A stretch of DNA of 22,802 nucleotides, from NCBI GenBank assembly GCA_041640575.1, contig JBEPZZ010000029.1:1-22802 (forward strand). Reading direction: 5' to 3'. This document shows positions 9,321-17,491 of this stretch, in pieces (position 1 is the first letter of the stretch; each line of letters opens with the position of its first letter). The translations under genes and the position numbers were made by a program. Origin of the DNA: Pseudothermotoga sp. Lineage in GTDB: Bacteria; Thermotogota; Thermotogae; Thermotogales; DSM-5069. Under the pieces are notes generated by a model that was not told where the DNA came from, ran no database searches, and saw nothing but the letters and a program-made list of their open reading frames with translations.

Positions 9321-10690
9321 TTGATGTGAAAGCATGGGAATACGAATTTTCACTAAGAACTTCAGCAAGGCCAACAGCTTTAAGCTCAACATGGCAGCAA
9401 GTTAATGAGTTTCAGATATTTTCAGATGAACTTGTAAAGCTTTTTTGGAAAAGTGAGGTTCCAGGTTCAAGAGCTCCAGAATGTCTTATTGCCGGGGCTA
9501 TACAGTCGGTAGAAAACATGGGAATGGACGTTTCAACAGCCGAAAAGTTATTTAAGAAAGGCTTGCAGTTGCTTGAAGAAAATAAGTTCGATCAACTGAA
9601 ATCCATCACATCGCTAATTCTTAAAGAATTACGCGAAGCTCCAAAATTGGCTAACCATCCTTATCATAGTTTCAAAAGACCCCTAGAATGGGAGGAAATT
9701 TCAAAAGGATTTCCAAAAGAAAACTTCAAACTTGAAAGTATCAAAGAAAAGATTCTTGGTGGATGGCTGGGCCAAATTGCCGGTGCCTCCATGGGAACGA
9801 AACTAGAGGGTTATTTTGGCGAAGTCTTGGAAGAAACATACGGTGAGCAACTCGGTTATTATTTGCAGGAACCTGATACTTATAATGACGATATAACCTA
9901 CGAACTGGCGGTTCTGAAAACAATTGAAGAAACTGGCAGGTTGGATGCGATAGAACTTGCAAAAAAGTGGATTGAGTTGATACCATTTGGATGGAGTGCT
10001 GAATACGTTGCGTTGGAAAACCTAAAAAGCGGTATTTTTCCGCCAATGTCTGGATGGTTCAATAACCCCTTTCAAGAGTGGATCGGTGCTCAAATGCGAT
10101 GTATGGTACACGGATTGCTGAATCCAGCGAGACCTTTTGATGCTTGTTATTCGGCCTACCTCGATTCGATTATTTCTCATTCAGGAAATGGAGTCTACGG
10201 TGGAATACACTGTGCTGCACTCACTTCACTTAGCTTTGTCTATAACGATACTAGAAAATTACTGATCGAATCAATGAAATTCATACCGAAAGGTACTGAA
10301 TTAGAATACATAGCTTCGAAGGTGCTATCCTGGTGCGCAGTATCTACAGACTGGCGAGAAGTTCGCGAAAAGGTGCAAGAACAATTCAAACAGTACAACT
10401 GGATTCACCTTTATCCAAATTTTTGCTGTGTGATCACAGCTTTGTGGTTTGGGAATGGAAATTTCGATGAATCAATGCGAGTTATTTCAGCGATGGGGTA
10501 CGATGTCGACTGTAACGCTGGTGAGGTTGGAACAGTTTTAGGGATCATAAATGGTGCAAATAATATGCCTAAAAAATGGGTGGAACCTTTGAGAGACGAA
10601 TTAAGAACCTATGTTAGAGGATTTGAAAAAGTAAACATCACTAAACTTGCAGAAATGAATTATAGTATAATACTAAAAAATCTGAACTGA
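9317..10690 (+). CDS. ADP-ribosylglycohydrolase (DraG/ARH) family protein with an N-terminal extension
   Basis: GQIAGASMG (cf. GDALG), NDD (cf. TDD), GAQMR (cf. GAAMR) and GYDVDCNAGEVG (cf. GGDTDT). About 140 aa precede the domain. GTGA overlap with the permease. Confidence 0.8.
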   Translation: MIDVKAWEYEFSLRTSARPTALSSTWQQVNEFQIFSDELVKLFWKSEVPGSRAPECLIAGAIQSVENMGMDVSTAEKLFKKGLQLLEENKFDQLKSITSLILKELREAPKLANHPYHSFKRPLEWEEISKGFPKENFKLESIKEKILGGWLGQIAGASMGTKLEGYFGEVLEETYGEQLGYYLQEPDTYNDDITYELAVLKTIEETGRLDAIELAKKWIELIPFGWSAEYVALENLKSGIFPPMSGWFNNPFQEWIGAQMRCMVHGLLNPARPFDACYSAYLDSIISHSGNGVYGGIHCAALTSLSFVYNDTRKLLIESMKFIPKGTELEYIASKVLSWCAVSTDWREVREKVQEQFKQYNWIHLYPNFCCVITALWFGNGNFDESMRVISAMGYDVDCNAGEVGTVLGIINGANNMPKKWVEPLRDELRTYVRGFEKVNITKLAEMNYSIILKNLN

Positions 10691-10731
10691 GGGATGAGCA
10701 GTGGGTGTACAGGTGGAAGGGGGTGTGAAAA

Positions 10732-10818
10732 ATGGCTTGCTCAAAGAAAGAGACAAAGAAAGAACAAACACCTCAACCAGAAAAGAAAACTGATCAAACA
10801 AAGAAAACTAAAAAGTGA
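10732..10818 (+). CDS. Small Lys-rich peptide, 28 aa (MACSKKETKKEQTPQPEKKTDQTKKTKK), absent from the ORF track
   Basis: RBS AAGGGGGTG (10717-10725) 6 nt before the ATG; stop TGA at 10816-10818, immediately followed by a terminator hairpin. Confidence 0.6.
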   Translation: MACSKKETKKEQTPQPEKKTDQTKKTKK

Positions 10819-10822
10819 TTAA

Positions 10823-10848
10823 GAAACCCCGGGTCGCACCGGGGTTTC
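10823..10848. terminator. Probable bidirectional intrinsic terminator between convergent units
   Basis: GAAACCCCGG-GTCGCA-CCGGGGTTTC perfect 10-bp stem with A/T-rich flanks, between the small ORF stop and the pfp stop. Confidence 0.8.
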
Positions 10849-10851
10849 AAT

Positions 10852-12114
10852 TTATATCTCGGCTGCGGCTGAAAATCTTCTAACAAATTCGTCGGCGCTC
10901 ATTTTTGCAGCTGAAGCAAGGTTTCTCAGTGTCACAGGGTCTTCTAGATCTTCTTTCGTCAATCTGATCATATATCTTCGTGCGACTTTGTAGCGTTCTG
11001 AATCCAAATCAACCAACCTTACTTTTGTCCTTCCGGTTTTCGTGTCAAGAAGCTCTTCAAAGGGTAGTACTTTTATGTGACCTTGATCCAAGCAAATCAT
11101 TCCACCAGGTCTTTGTTCAGAAGATTCTTTCAACAGGAATCTTACAGCACCGTAGCCCAAAGTTCGTGTATAGTCAATGTCGAACGGTATAGGCCTCGCG
11201 CATCTAAGATCATAACCAAGTGTTACGTCGACAATTCCTATTTTTTCACCTCTTTGCTCAAAACGCTTTTGAATTTCTCTTTTGAGAATTGTTGCAAGTG
11301 GAATTTCAGAAAGCCTTATATGACCGTGTGGATCTTTGTCAACGACAACTCCAGGTATTTGAGCAAATTCGTTTGGATCAATGATTTCACCAATTCCTTC
11401 GGCAATCACAGCAACTCCATCTTTTCTTCCCAAAATTCGTCTCTTTAACATCGCGGCTTCAAGTACATCGCAAACCTCGCTTAGCGTTACTCGATCTTTC
11501 TTGAACTCCTCGCCTATCAAAGTTAACGTAGCGCTTGCTGCCATTCCGATTCCAAGTGCAAGGTGTCCTGCTTTTCTTCCCATGACTACAACAAAATACC
11601 ATCGATTGGTTGTCCTTGAATCTTGCATCAAGTTGTAAACTAATTCGGCGCCAAGATGTCTTGCAGTTTCGTAACCAAAGGTTGGCATGTCTCCTGGAAG
11701 TGGTAAATCGTTGTCGATAGTTTTTGGAACATGTGCAACGCGTATTTCGTTTTTACTTGCTTTGGCTACTGCTGATGCAGAAAATGCTGTATCATCTCCT
11801 CCTATTGTGACCAAATATCTTATGTTCAACTCTTTCAGTGCATCAACAGCTCTTTGCAGATCTTCAGGATTTTTTGTGGGATTGGCTCTAGATGTTCTGA
11901 GAATTGAACCACCTTCAGTATGAATGCGAGAAACGTCGGAAATGTTCAAAGGACGAACCATGTCGGTTCTGCCTTTCATAAGATGTTCGAAACCATCGTA
12001 TATTCCTAGGACCTCAACACCGTTGTTGATTGCTTCGATTGTAACCGCATTTATCACGCTGTTAATACCTGGTGCTGGTCCTCCGCCCACCAAGATTCCT
12101 AACTTCTCGGCCAT
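10852..12114 (-). CDS. pfp: Pyrophosphate-dependent 6-phosphofructokinase
   Basis: GGGPAPGIN, GGSILRTSR, GGDD (Asp at the 104-equivalent) and PKTIDND (Lys at the 124-equivalent) are the established PPi-specificity signatures. MGR motif present. RBS GAAGGGGTG supports the ATG at 12114. Confidence 0.9.
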   Translation of the reverse strand: MAEKLGILVGGGPAPGINSVINAVTIEAINNGVEVLGIYDGFEHLMKGRTDMVRPLNISDVSRIHTEGGSILRTSRANPTKNPEDLQRAVDALKELNIRYLVTIGGDDTAFSASAVAKASKNEIRVAHVPKTIDNDLPLPGDMPTFGYETARHLGAELVYNLMQDSRTTNRWYFVVVMGRKAGHLALGIGMAASATLTLIGEEFKKDRVTLSEVCDVLEAAMLKRRILGRKDGVAVIAEGIGEIIDPNEFAQIPGVVVDKDPHGHIRLSEIPLATILKREIQKRFEQRGEKIGIVDVTLGYDLRCARPIPFDIDYTRTLGYGAVRFLLKESSEQRPGGMICLDQGHIKVLPFEELLDTKTGRTKVRLVDLDSERYKVARRYMIRLTKEDLEDPVTLRNLASAAKMSADEFVRRFSAAAEI

Positions 12115-12158
12115 GTTCAGACACCCCTTCTCGAAGGTTTTCACGTCATCCTTGAAAG

Positions 12159-12167
12159 ATTATAACA
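12159..12167 (-). promoter_or_regulatory. Putative extended -10 promoter of pfp
   Basis: Minus strand reads TGTTATAAT (TGn + TATAAT) about 45 nt upstream of the start codon. No convincing -35. Confidence 0.55.
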
Positions 12168-12287
12168 GCGTTTTTTGTTTTAGAACCAGTTGGTGGTAAT
12201 TAATATTTATTTAAAGAACTCTTTCAAGAATTGTCATTTAAAACTTTTTTCAAGTGGCTATGATATTAACAAAAGGAGGCTATTTGT

Positions 12288-12392
12288 TTGAGAGACTCGC
12301 CCAGTTTTGATATAAATTCTTTTAAAGAAATGAAGAACGCTAAGAAGTGCAGCCGCCCGGTGATCGCGAGCGGCTGTGCGTCTTTGCAATAA
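12288..12392 (+). CDS. Putative Lys-codon leader peptide, 34 aa (MRDSPSFDINSFKEMKNAKKCSRPVIASGCASLQ)
   Basis: RBS AAAGGAGG (12272-12279) 8 nt before TTG 12288; in-frame ATG at 12330; Lys codons at 12324, 12333, 12342 and 12345; stop TAA at 12390-12392. Confidence 0.55.
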   Translation: MRDSPSFDINSFKEMKNAKKCSRPVIASGCASLQ

Positions 12393-12452
12393 CGCCAGAC
12401 CGCAAACAGAAAAAAGATCACCGGGCTACCAGAAAAGGTAGCCCGGTTTTTT
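12347..12452 (+). promoter_or_regulatory. Candidate transcription attenuator (protector / antiterminator / terminator) upstream of dapH
   Basis: Protector 12347-12356 pairs with 12370-12379. Antiterminator GCCCGGTGATC (12355-12365) pairs with GATCACCGGGC (12416-12426), a perfect 11 bp that overlaps the terminator 5' arm. Confidence 0.72.
12420..12452 (+). terminator. Intrinsic terminator within the dapH leader
   Basis: ACCGGGCTACC-AGAAAA-GGTAGCCCGGT followed by a T run ending at 12452, just upstream of the dapH RBS. Confidence 0.88.
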
Positions 12453-12479
12453 ATTTATCATCACAAGGAGGGGTTCAGA

Positions 12480-13247
12480 ATGGATGAAGGTACTTTGAGT
12501 GTTGGGGAAGAAAGTTTCGTTGAAAGCTTAACGACTGAAGCCATAATAAGGATGATTGCAACTTCAAAGAAGAAAACACCAATAATCGCTTACGTAAAAG
12601 GAAAGTTGGACCAAGTTGAATTTGGCACTCTTAGATTTTTTGGCGAAAAGCACTTTGGAATAATTTTAGGAGAATACGAGGAACTCATCAAGTTTGTTGA
12701 ATCAAACCGTCAGTTCTTGGAAGATTTTCATTTCGAGGTACGCGCGAGGAATTCTGCTTTACCACTTGCTGATCTAACTAAATACAACGCTCGCATAGAG
12801 CCGGGGGCAATAATTAGAGATCTTGTGCAAATAGGTGATGGAGCAGTGATAATGATGGGGGCAGTCATAAACATTGGTGCAAGGATTGGTGAAAAAACTA
12901 TGATAGACATGAACGCGGTGATTGGGGGAAGAGCAATTATAGGCAGAAATTGCCACATTGGTGCTGGGGCAGTGATCGCTGGGGTTATAGAGCCACCAAG
13001 TGCAAAACCGGTTGTCGTGGAGGACGATGTTATCATAGGGGCTAACGCGGTTGTCTTGGAAGGTATTACTGTTGGTAGAGGAGCTGTCGTCGCAGCTGGC
13101 GCTGTTGTAATACACGATGTCGAACCCTATACCGTTGTGGCAGGTGTGCCTGCAAGGTTTGTGAAAACAGTTGATGAAAAAACCAGGGAAAAGACTCAAA
13201 TTGTCGAAGCTTTGAGAAGTCTGTCGAATCAGGGGCGATATGTATGA
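12480..13247 (+). CDS. dapH: 2,3,4,5-tetrahydropyridine-2,6-dicarboxylate N-acetyltransferase
   Basis: [24 protein letters not shown], hexapeptide repeats, [25 protein letters not shown]. Confidence 0.92.
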   Translation: MDEGTLSVGEESFVESLTTEAIIRMIATSKKKTPIIAYVKGKLDQVEFGTLRFFGEKHFGIILGEYEELIKFVESNRQFLEDFHFEVRARNSALPLADLTKYNARIEPGAIIRDLVQIGDGAVIMMGAVINIGARIGEKTMIDMNAVIGGRAIIGRNCHIGAGAVIAGVIEPPSAKPVVVEDDVIIGANAVVLEGITVGRGAVVAAGAVVIHDVEPYTVVAGVPARFVKTVDEKTREKTQIVEALRSLSNQGRYV

Positions 13248-14422
13248 ATCATTTGGCTCAAGTTTACAAACCTTTTAGTCTGCAAGTTGATCGTGCTAGT
13301 GGTATTTATTTGTACACAAAAGATGGGAGAAAGTTCATCGACACTTTTTCAGGAATAGGTGTTATGGCTTTTGGCCATTGTGATTTGGAAATACAAAAGG
13401 CCATCTTTGAGAAAGCTTCAAGATACACTCATCTTTCAAATTTCTTCTTAGATGAAGATGCAGAAATTGTTGCAAACAAGTTATTGGAAAGAGTTAGGAA
13501 AGATGGTAAAGTATTCTTCACCAATTCTGGCACGGAAGCTAACGAGGCTGCGTTGAAAGCTGTCAAAAAGTTGAAAAAAGGCATTATTTTGTCCTTTCAA
13601 GGCAATTTTCATGGTAGAACACTTGGTTCATTGTCTATAACTGGGTTTAGCAAATTGAGAGAACCTTTTGAACCTTTGCTACCTGACATTGTGATACTTC
13701 CACACAACGATGTTGGTACATTCAAAGAATTTATCGCAAAGTATCACGACAAAATTGCTGCTATTTTTGTTGAAACATTGCTTGGTAGTGGTGGATTGAA
13801 ACCTATTTCCAAGAGTATGGCCATGACGATTATGGAGGCTAAAGAAAGATACGATCTTCTCTTGGTTGTCGACGAAGTCCAATCAGGACTTGGAAGAACA
13901 GGTAAATTCTTTTCATACGAACATTTCGAATTGGATCCAGATATAGTAACTGTTGCAAAAGCTTTGGGTGGAGGATTACCGCTTGGCGCCGCCATTTTCA
14001 CTGGAAAATCAAAAGATGTTTTTCGTTACTCGGAACATGGTTCAACCTTCGCACCAAATCCAATTGCGCTTGCTGCTGCAAAAGTTGTACTTCAAAAACT
14101 CACAGATAAGACCTTAAGCGAAGTGAAACAGAAAGGGGATTATTTCAAGAATCAACTCAGATCTTTAAACAAAGACATTGTGGCAGATGTTAGAGGGCTT
14201 GGATTGATGATTGGAGTTGAAGTTAAGGTTGATGGGGAAAAGTTGAAAGAAACAGCTTTGGAACAAGGCTTGATCCTAAATGTTGTGAATACAAATGTGG
14301 TAAGGTTTCTACCAGCTTTGAACATAACTTACGATGAAATTGACGAAATCGTTAAACTGTTCGCAAGGAGCTTGGAGGAGGTATGCCTTGAAAGAAATCG
14401 AGTTGAGAAGATTGCTACATGA
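13244..14422 (+). CDS. Class III PLP aminotransferase (ArgD-like), probably N-acetyl-DAP aminotransferase from context
   Basis: [27 protein letters not shown]-Lys AKALGGG, HGSTF. Translationally coupled between dapH and the deacetylase. Confidence 0.82.
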   Translation: MNHLAQVYKPFSLQVDRASGIYLYTKDGRKFIDTFSGIGVMAFGHCDLEIQKAIFEKASRYTHLSNFFLDEDAEIVANKLLERVRKDGKVFFTNSGTEANEAALKAVKKLKKGIILSFQGNFHGRTLGSLSITGFSKLREPFEPLLPDIVILPHNDVGTFKEFIAKYHDKIAAIFVETLLGSGGLKPISKSMAMTIMEAKERYDLLLVVDEVQSGLGRTGKFFSYEHFELDPDIVTVAKALGGGLPLGAAIFTGKSKDVFRYSEHGSTFAPNPIALAAAKVVLQKLTDKTLSEVKQKGDYFKNQLRSLNKDIVADVRGLGLMIGVEVKVDGEKLKETALEQGLILNVVNTNVVRFLPALNITYDEIDEIVKLFARSLEEVCLERNRVEKIAT

Positions 14423-15488
14423 AAATCCTGAGCCAGCTTTCAAGGAGTTTGCCACACAGCAAATTTTGAATAATTTCATTTCTGATCTGAATTTTGGGGA
14501 AATTCATTTTGTTGATACTGGAATTGTGGTTGTCAGGGAGATAGTCCCTGGCAAGCCTTTTTTTCTCTTTAGAGCCGAGATGGATGCATTGCAAATAGAA
14601 GAGAAAACCGATTATGCTTATAAAGCAAGAAATTCGTTTATGCATGCCTGTGGCCATGATTTTCACATGGCCTCGCTTTATGGATTAATGAAAAGAATTG
14701 TCGAGAGTGAATATGAAGCAAATGTGATATGTGTTTTTCAACCTGCTGAGGAAACTGGTTGCGGTGCTATTAAGGTATTAAGGTTTTTGATTGAGAAGGG
14801 ATATGATATTAAAGCAGCCGTGGCAATGCACGTAACAGACGAATATCCCTTTGGAACAATCGCTTCGCGTTCAGGCGTTTTGTTTTGTGCTTCCCTTGAA
14901 ATAGATTTGGAAATTGTCGGGCAATCTGCTCATGCAGCTTTTCATTGGATGGGTAAGGATGCTTTGAAAACTGCAGTTGAGTTTCTCAAAAGCTTTTACA
15001 ATGCCAGTTGGCAAAGCGATTTAGTTTGGTTTGGAAAAGTACATGGTGGAAGAGCAAGAAACATGGTTGCCGACAAAGTAACTTTACAAGGGACAATCAG
15101 AAGCCAAAGGATCGAAAGAATTGATTCTGCCGTTCAAAAACTGGAGCAAATGCTTGAGCAAAGTTGCAAAGGATTTGGTACTTCTTTTCAAATCATCAAA
15201 GGATCTACTTACAGGCAAGTTGAGGTAGATGGAGATCTGTTGAATTTGTTGAAGGAAGTTGTTCAAGATTCTGACTTGAATTTTGTTGAGTGCGAAACAA
15301 AATTCACGGCTGAGGATTTTGGGTATTTCTCGCAATATTTTCCATCTTTGATGTTTTGGTTTGGAACAAGACAAGGTCAAGTATTTGGCTTACACAGCGA
15401 TAGATTTCTTCCCTCCGATGAACTTGTACCATACGCTTCTCATTTGCTCTTTCAGTTGTTCACTCGGCTGATCCGGGCCTACTCCTAA
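14388..15488 (+). CDS. M20D amidohydrolase, probable N-acetyldiaminopimelate deacetylase (DapL/YkuR-like)
   Basis: [36 protein letters not shown] motifs. RBS GGAGGAGGT (14374-14382) supports TTG 14388. Confidence 0.82.
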   Translation: MKEIELRRLLHENPEPAFKEFATQQILNNFISDLNFGEIHFVDTGIVVVREIVPGKPFFLFRAEMDALQIEEKTDYAYKARNSFMHACGHDFHMASLYGLMKRIVESEYEANVICVFQPAEETGCGAIKVLRFLIEKGYDIKAAVAMHVTDEYPFGTIASRSGVLFCASLEIDLEIVGQSAHAAFHWMGKDALKTAVEFLKSFYNASWQSDLVWFGKVHGGRARNMVADKVTLQGTIRSQRIERIDSAVQKLEQMLEQSCKGFGTSFQIIKGSTYRQVEVDGDLLNLLKEVVQDSDLNFVECETKFTAEDFGYFSQYFPSLMFWFGTRQGQVFGLHSDRFLPSDELVPYASHLLFQLFTRLIRAYS

Positions 15489-15543
15489 TTTGGTATTATT
15501 TGAATTGAAGATTCCAAGAAGATTCCAGCGGGAGGTGCTACTT

Positions 15544-17490
15544 TTGCTAAGCTTGTTTCTTACGGTGGCGGTTGCCTTTGGTTATGTAATATTTTTGACT
15601 TTTAAAATCCTTGACTCAAGTCCTGGGAACGAAAAGACAATGCAACTTTCATTGATTATTCAAAAGGGCGCAAGATCATTCCTATTTCAAGAGTACTCAG
15701 TTTTCTTTCCAATAGTTGCAGGCATTGCCATTTTGCTTTCATTTTTTGACTTTAAAGCTGCCCTTGCTCTTGCTTTGGGTGCATTTTTCTCAACTCTAGC
15801 AGGTTTTCTTGGAATGACAATTGCGACAAAATCAAACGGTAGAACAAGTTGGGCAGCACTTACTGGTATGGATAAAGCTCTACAAATAGCATTTCAAGGT
15901 GGAGCCGTAATGGGTCTAACTGTTTCGGCTTTAGGCCTGCTGGGGCTGGGGATCATTCTTGAGATTTCCGAAAATATATCGCACATTGGTTACTATTCTT
16001 TTGGTGCATCGTTTGTTGCCTTGTTTGCAAGAGTTGGAGGAGGTATTTACACAAAAGCCGCAGATGTTGGAGCAGATATAGTTGGAAAGACAGAAGCCAA
16101 TTTGCCCGAAGATGATCCAAGAAACCCCGCAGTGATAGCTGATAATGTCGGAGACAATGTCGGAGACGTTGCGGGAATGGGAGCAGACTTGTACGAATCT
16201 TATGTGGGGTCTATATTCTCAGCACTTGCTTTGGCATCCTTTTCAGGTGATTTAAAAGCTTTTCGACTTGTAATTTTTGTTGCCATACTTGGGTTGGTAA
16301 GTTCTATGGTGTCAGTATTCATAACATCCACTATGACAAAAAGATTTTCGACTCCGGCAACGGCTTTGAGGTTTGGTTCAATACTCTCGAATGCAATCTT
16401 GATAGTGGGTGTGCTGATTTACACAGTTTTGAATTCTTATCTTGTGGCTCTCGGCGTTGTATTTATGGGAGTTATCGTTGGTGTTGCTGTTGGTCTTCTC
16501 ACCGAGATGTACACTTCTGGAAAAAGAATTGCTAGTCTTGCAAATTCTGCAAATATGGGGACAGCTAACGCTCTAATAAATGGAATGGCACTTGGAATGG
16601 AATCAACGGCAATTGTAACCATTTTGATTGTTGTGGCAGTACTCTTTTCATATAAACTTTTGGGATTGTTCGGCGTAGCTCTTTCAGCTGTTGGCATGCT
16701 TTCAACTCTAGGCATGAATCTTTCGATAGATGCTTATGGTCCAATAGCCGACAATGCCGGAGGCATTGCTCAGATGGCTGGGTTGGAAGAAAAAGCAAGA
16801 AAGATAACTGACCAGCTTGATGCTGTTGGTAATACAACAGCTGCTATGGGAAAGGGGTTTGCAATAACATCGGCTGCTTTGACTGCTCTGGCACTTTTCT
16901 CAAATTATGCAAATACAGCGCACATAAACATGCTTGACATAAGAGATCCTGCTTTATTCACGGGGGCTTTGGTTGGAGCAATGCTGCCATTTCTGTTCTG
17001 CGCTTTGGCTATGAAGGCTGTTGGAGATGCTGCAAATGAAATGGTTGATGAAATCAGAAGGCAAATAAGAGAGATTCCCGGTATCATCTCTGGGCAGACG
17101 AACCCGGATTATAATCGCTGTATTCAAATTGCAACAAAGGGCGCATTGAAAAGGATGATCTTTCCATCTTTGCTTGCAATTGCGACACCGATTTTGAGCT
17201 TTCTGACAATTGGTGTTGCTGGAACGGCTGGTATTCTAGTTGGCTCAACGGTTACAGGTGTCATGCTTGCAATATTTATGGCGAACTCTGGTGGTGCTTG
17301 GGACAATGCTAAAAAGTTCATCGAAGAAGGCCATTTCGGTGGAAAAGGATCTTTATCTCACAAGGCTGCTGTTGTGGGAGACACCGTTGGTGACCCTTTG
17401 AAAGATACCGCAGGTCCGTCTATAAACATATTGATAAAGCTGATGGCTATAACTTCGGTAATCTTGGTAACGTTGATGGGGAGGTATTGA
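15544..17490 (+). CDS. hppA: Membrane-integral pyrophosphatase, K+-dependent, probably Na+-translocating
   Basis: GGGIYTKAADVGAD, EDDPRNPAVIADNVGDNVGD, GGAWDNAKK, GDTVGDPLKD. GNTTAA (Ala) indicates the K+-dependent type, and DLYES Glu placement matches Na+-PPases. RBS GGAGGTG (15531-15537) supports TTG 15544. Confidence 0.93.
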   Translation: MLSLFLTVAVAFGYVIFLTFKILDSSPGNEKTMQLSLIIQKGARSFLFQEYSVFFPIVAGIAILLSFFDFKAALALALGAFFSTLAGFLGMTIATKSNGRTSWAALTGMDKALQIAFQGGAVMGLTVSALGLLGLGIILEISENISHIGYYSFGASFVALFARVGGGIYTKAADVGADIVGKTEANLPEDDPRNPAVIADNVGDNVGDVAGMGADLYESYVGSIFSALALASFSGDLKAFRLVIFVAILGLVSSMVSVFITSTMTKRFSTPATALRFGSILSNAILIVGVLIYTVLNSYLVALGVVFMGVIVGVAVGLLTEMYTSGKRIASLANSANMGTANALINGMALGMESTAIVTILIVVAVLFSYKLLGLFGVALSAVGMLSTLGMNLSIDAYGPIADNAGGIAQMAGLEEKARKITDQLDAVGNTTAAMGKGFAITSAALTALALFSNYANTAHINMLDIRDPALFTGALVGAMLPFLFCALAMKAVGDAANEMVDEIRRQIREIPGIISGQTNPDYNRCIQIATKGALKRMIFPSLLAIATPILSFLTIGVAGTAGILVGSTVTGVMLAIFMANSGGAWDNAKKFIEEGHFGGKGSLSHKAAVVGDTVGDPLKDTAGPSINILIKLMAITSVILVTLMGRY

Positions 17491-17491
17491 C

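Noticed and set aside
10732..10848. Lys-rich ORF plus hairpin as a second attenuator
   Set aside because: No same-strand gene lies downstream (pfp is convergent) and no antiterminator is visible.
12151..12228. 9-bp inverted repeat CTTGAAAGA / TCTTTCAAG in the pfp-dapH intergenic region
   Set aside because: Short, AT-rich and 60 nt apart, so compatible with chance.
12284..12310. Alternative mini-ORF TTG 12284 (MFERLAQF) from the same RBS
   Set aside because: The RBS spacer is only 4 nt, there are no Lys codons, and it ends well before the helices. TTG 12288 fits better.
12260..12460. Lysine riboswitch (L-box) or T-box in the dapH leader
   Set aside because: I cannot find L-box hallmarks (AGAGG(U/C)GC, AGUA, GCCGAA in order) or the T-box GGTGGTACCGCG motif. 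A covariance search is still needed for certainty.
12790..13160. Repetitive-looking sequence in dapH
   Set aside because: Encodes the normal hexapeptide left-handed beta-helix repeats.
14334..14387. Longer N-terminus of the deacetylase given by the ORF track
   Set aside because: A strong RBS sits before TTG 14388, and the extension would overlap the aminotransferase by 89 nt.
15490..15543. Longer N-terminus of hppA given by the ORF track
   Set aside because: No RBS before 15490; GGAGGTG at 15531-15537 points to TTG 15544.
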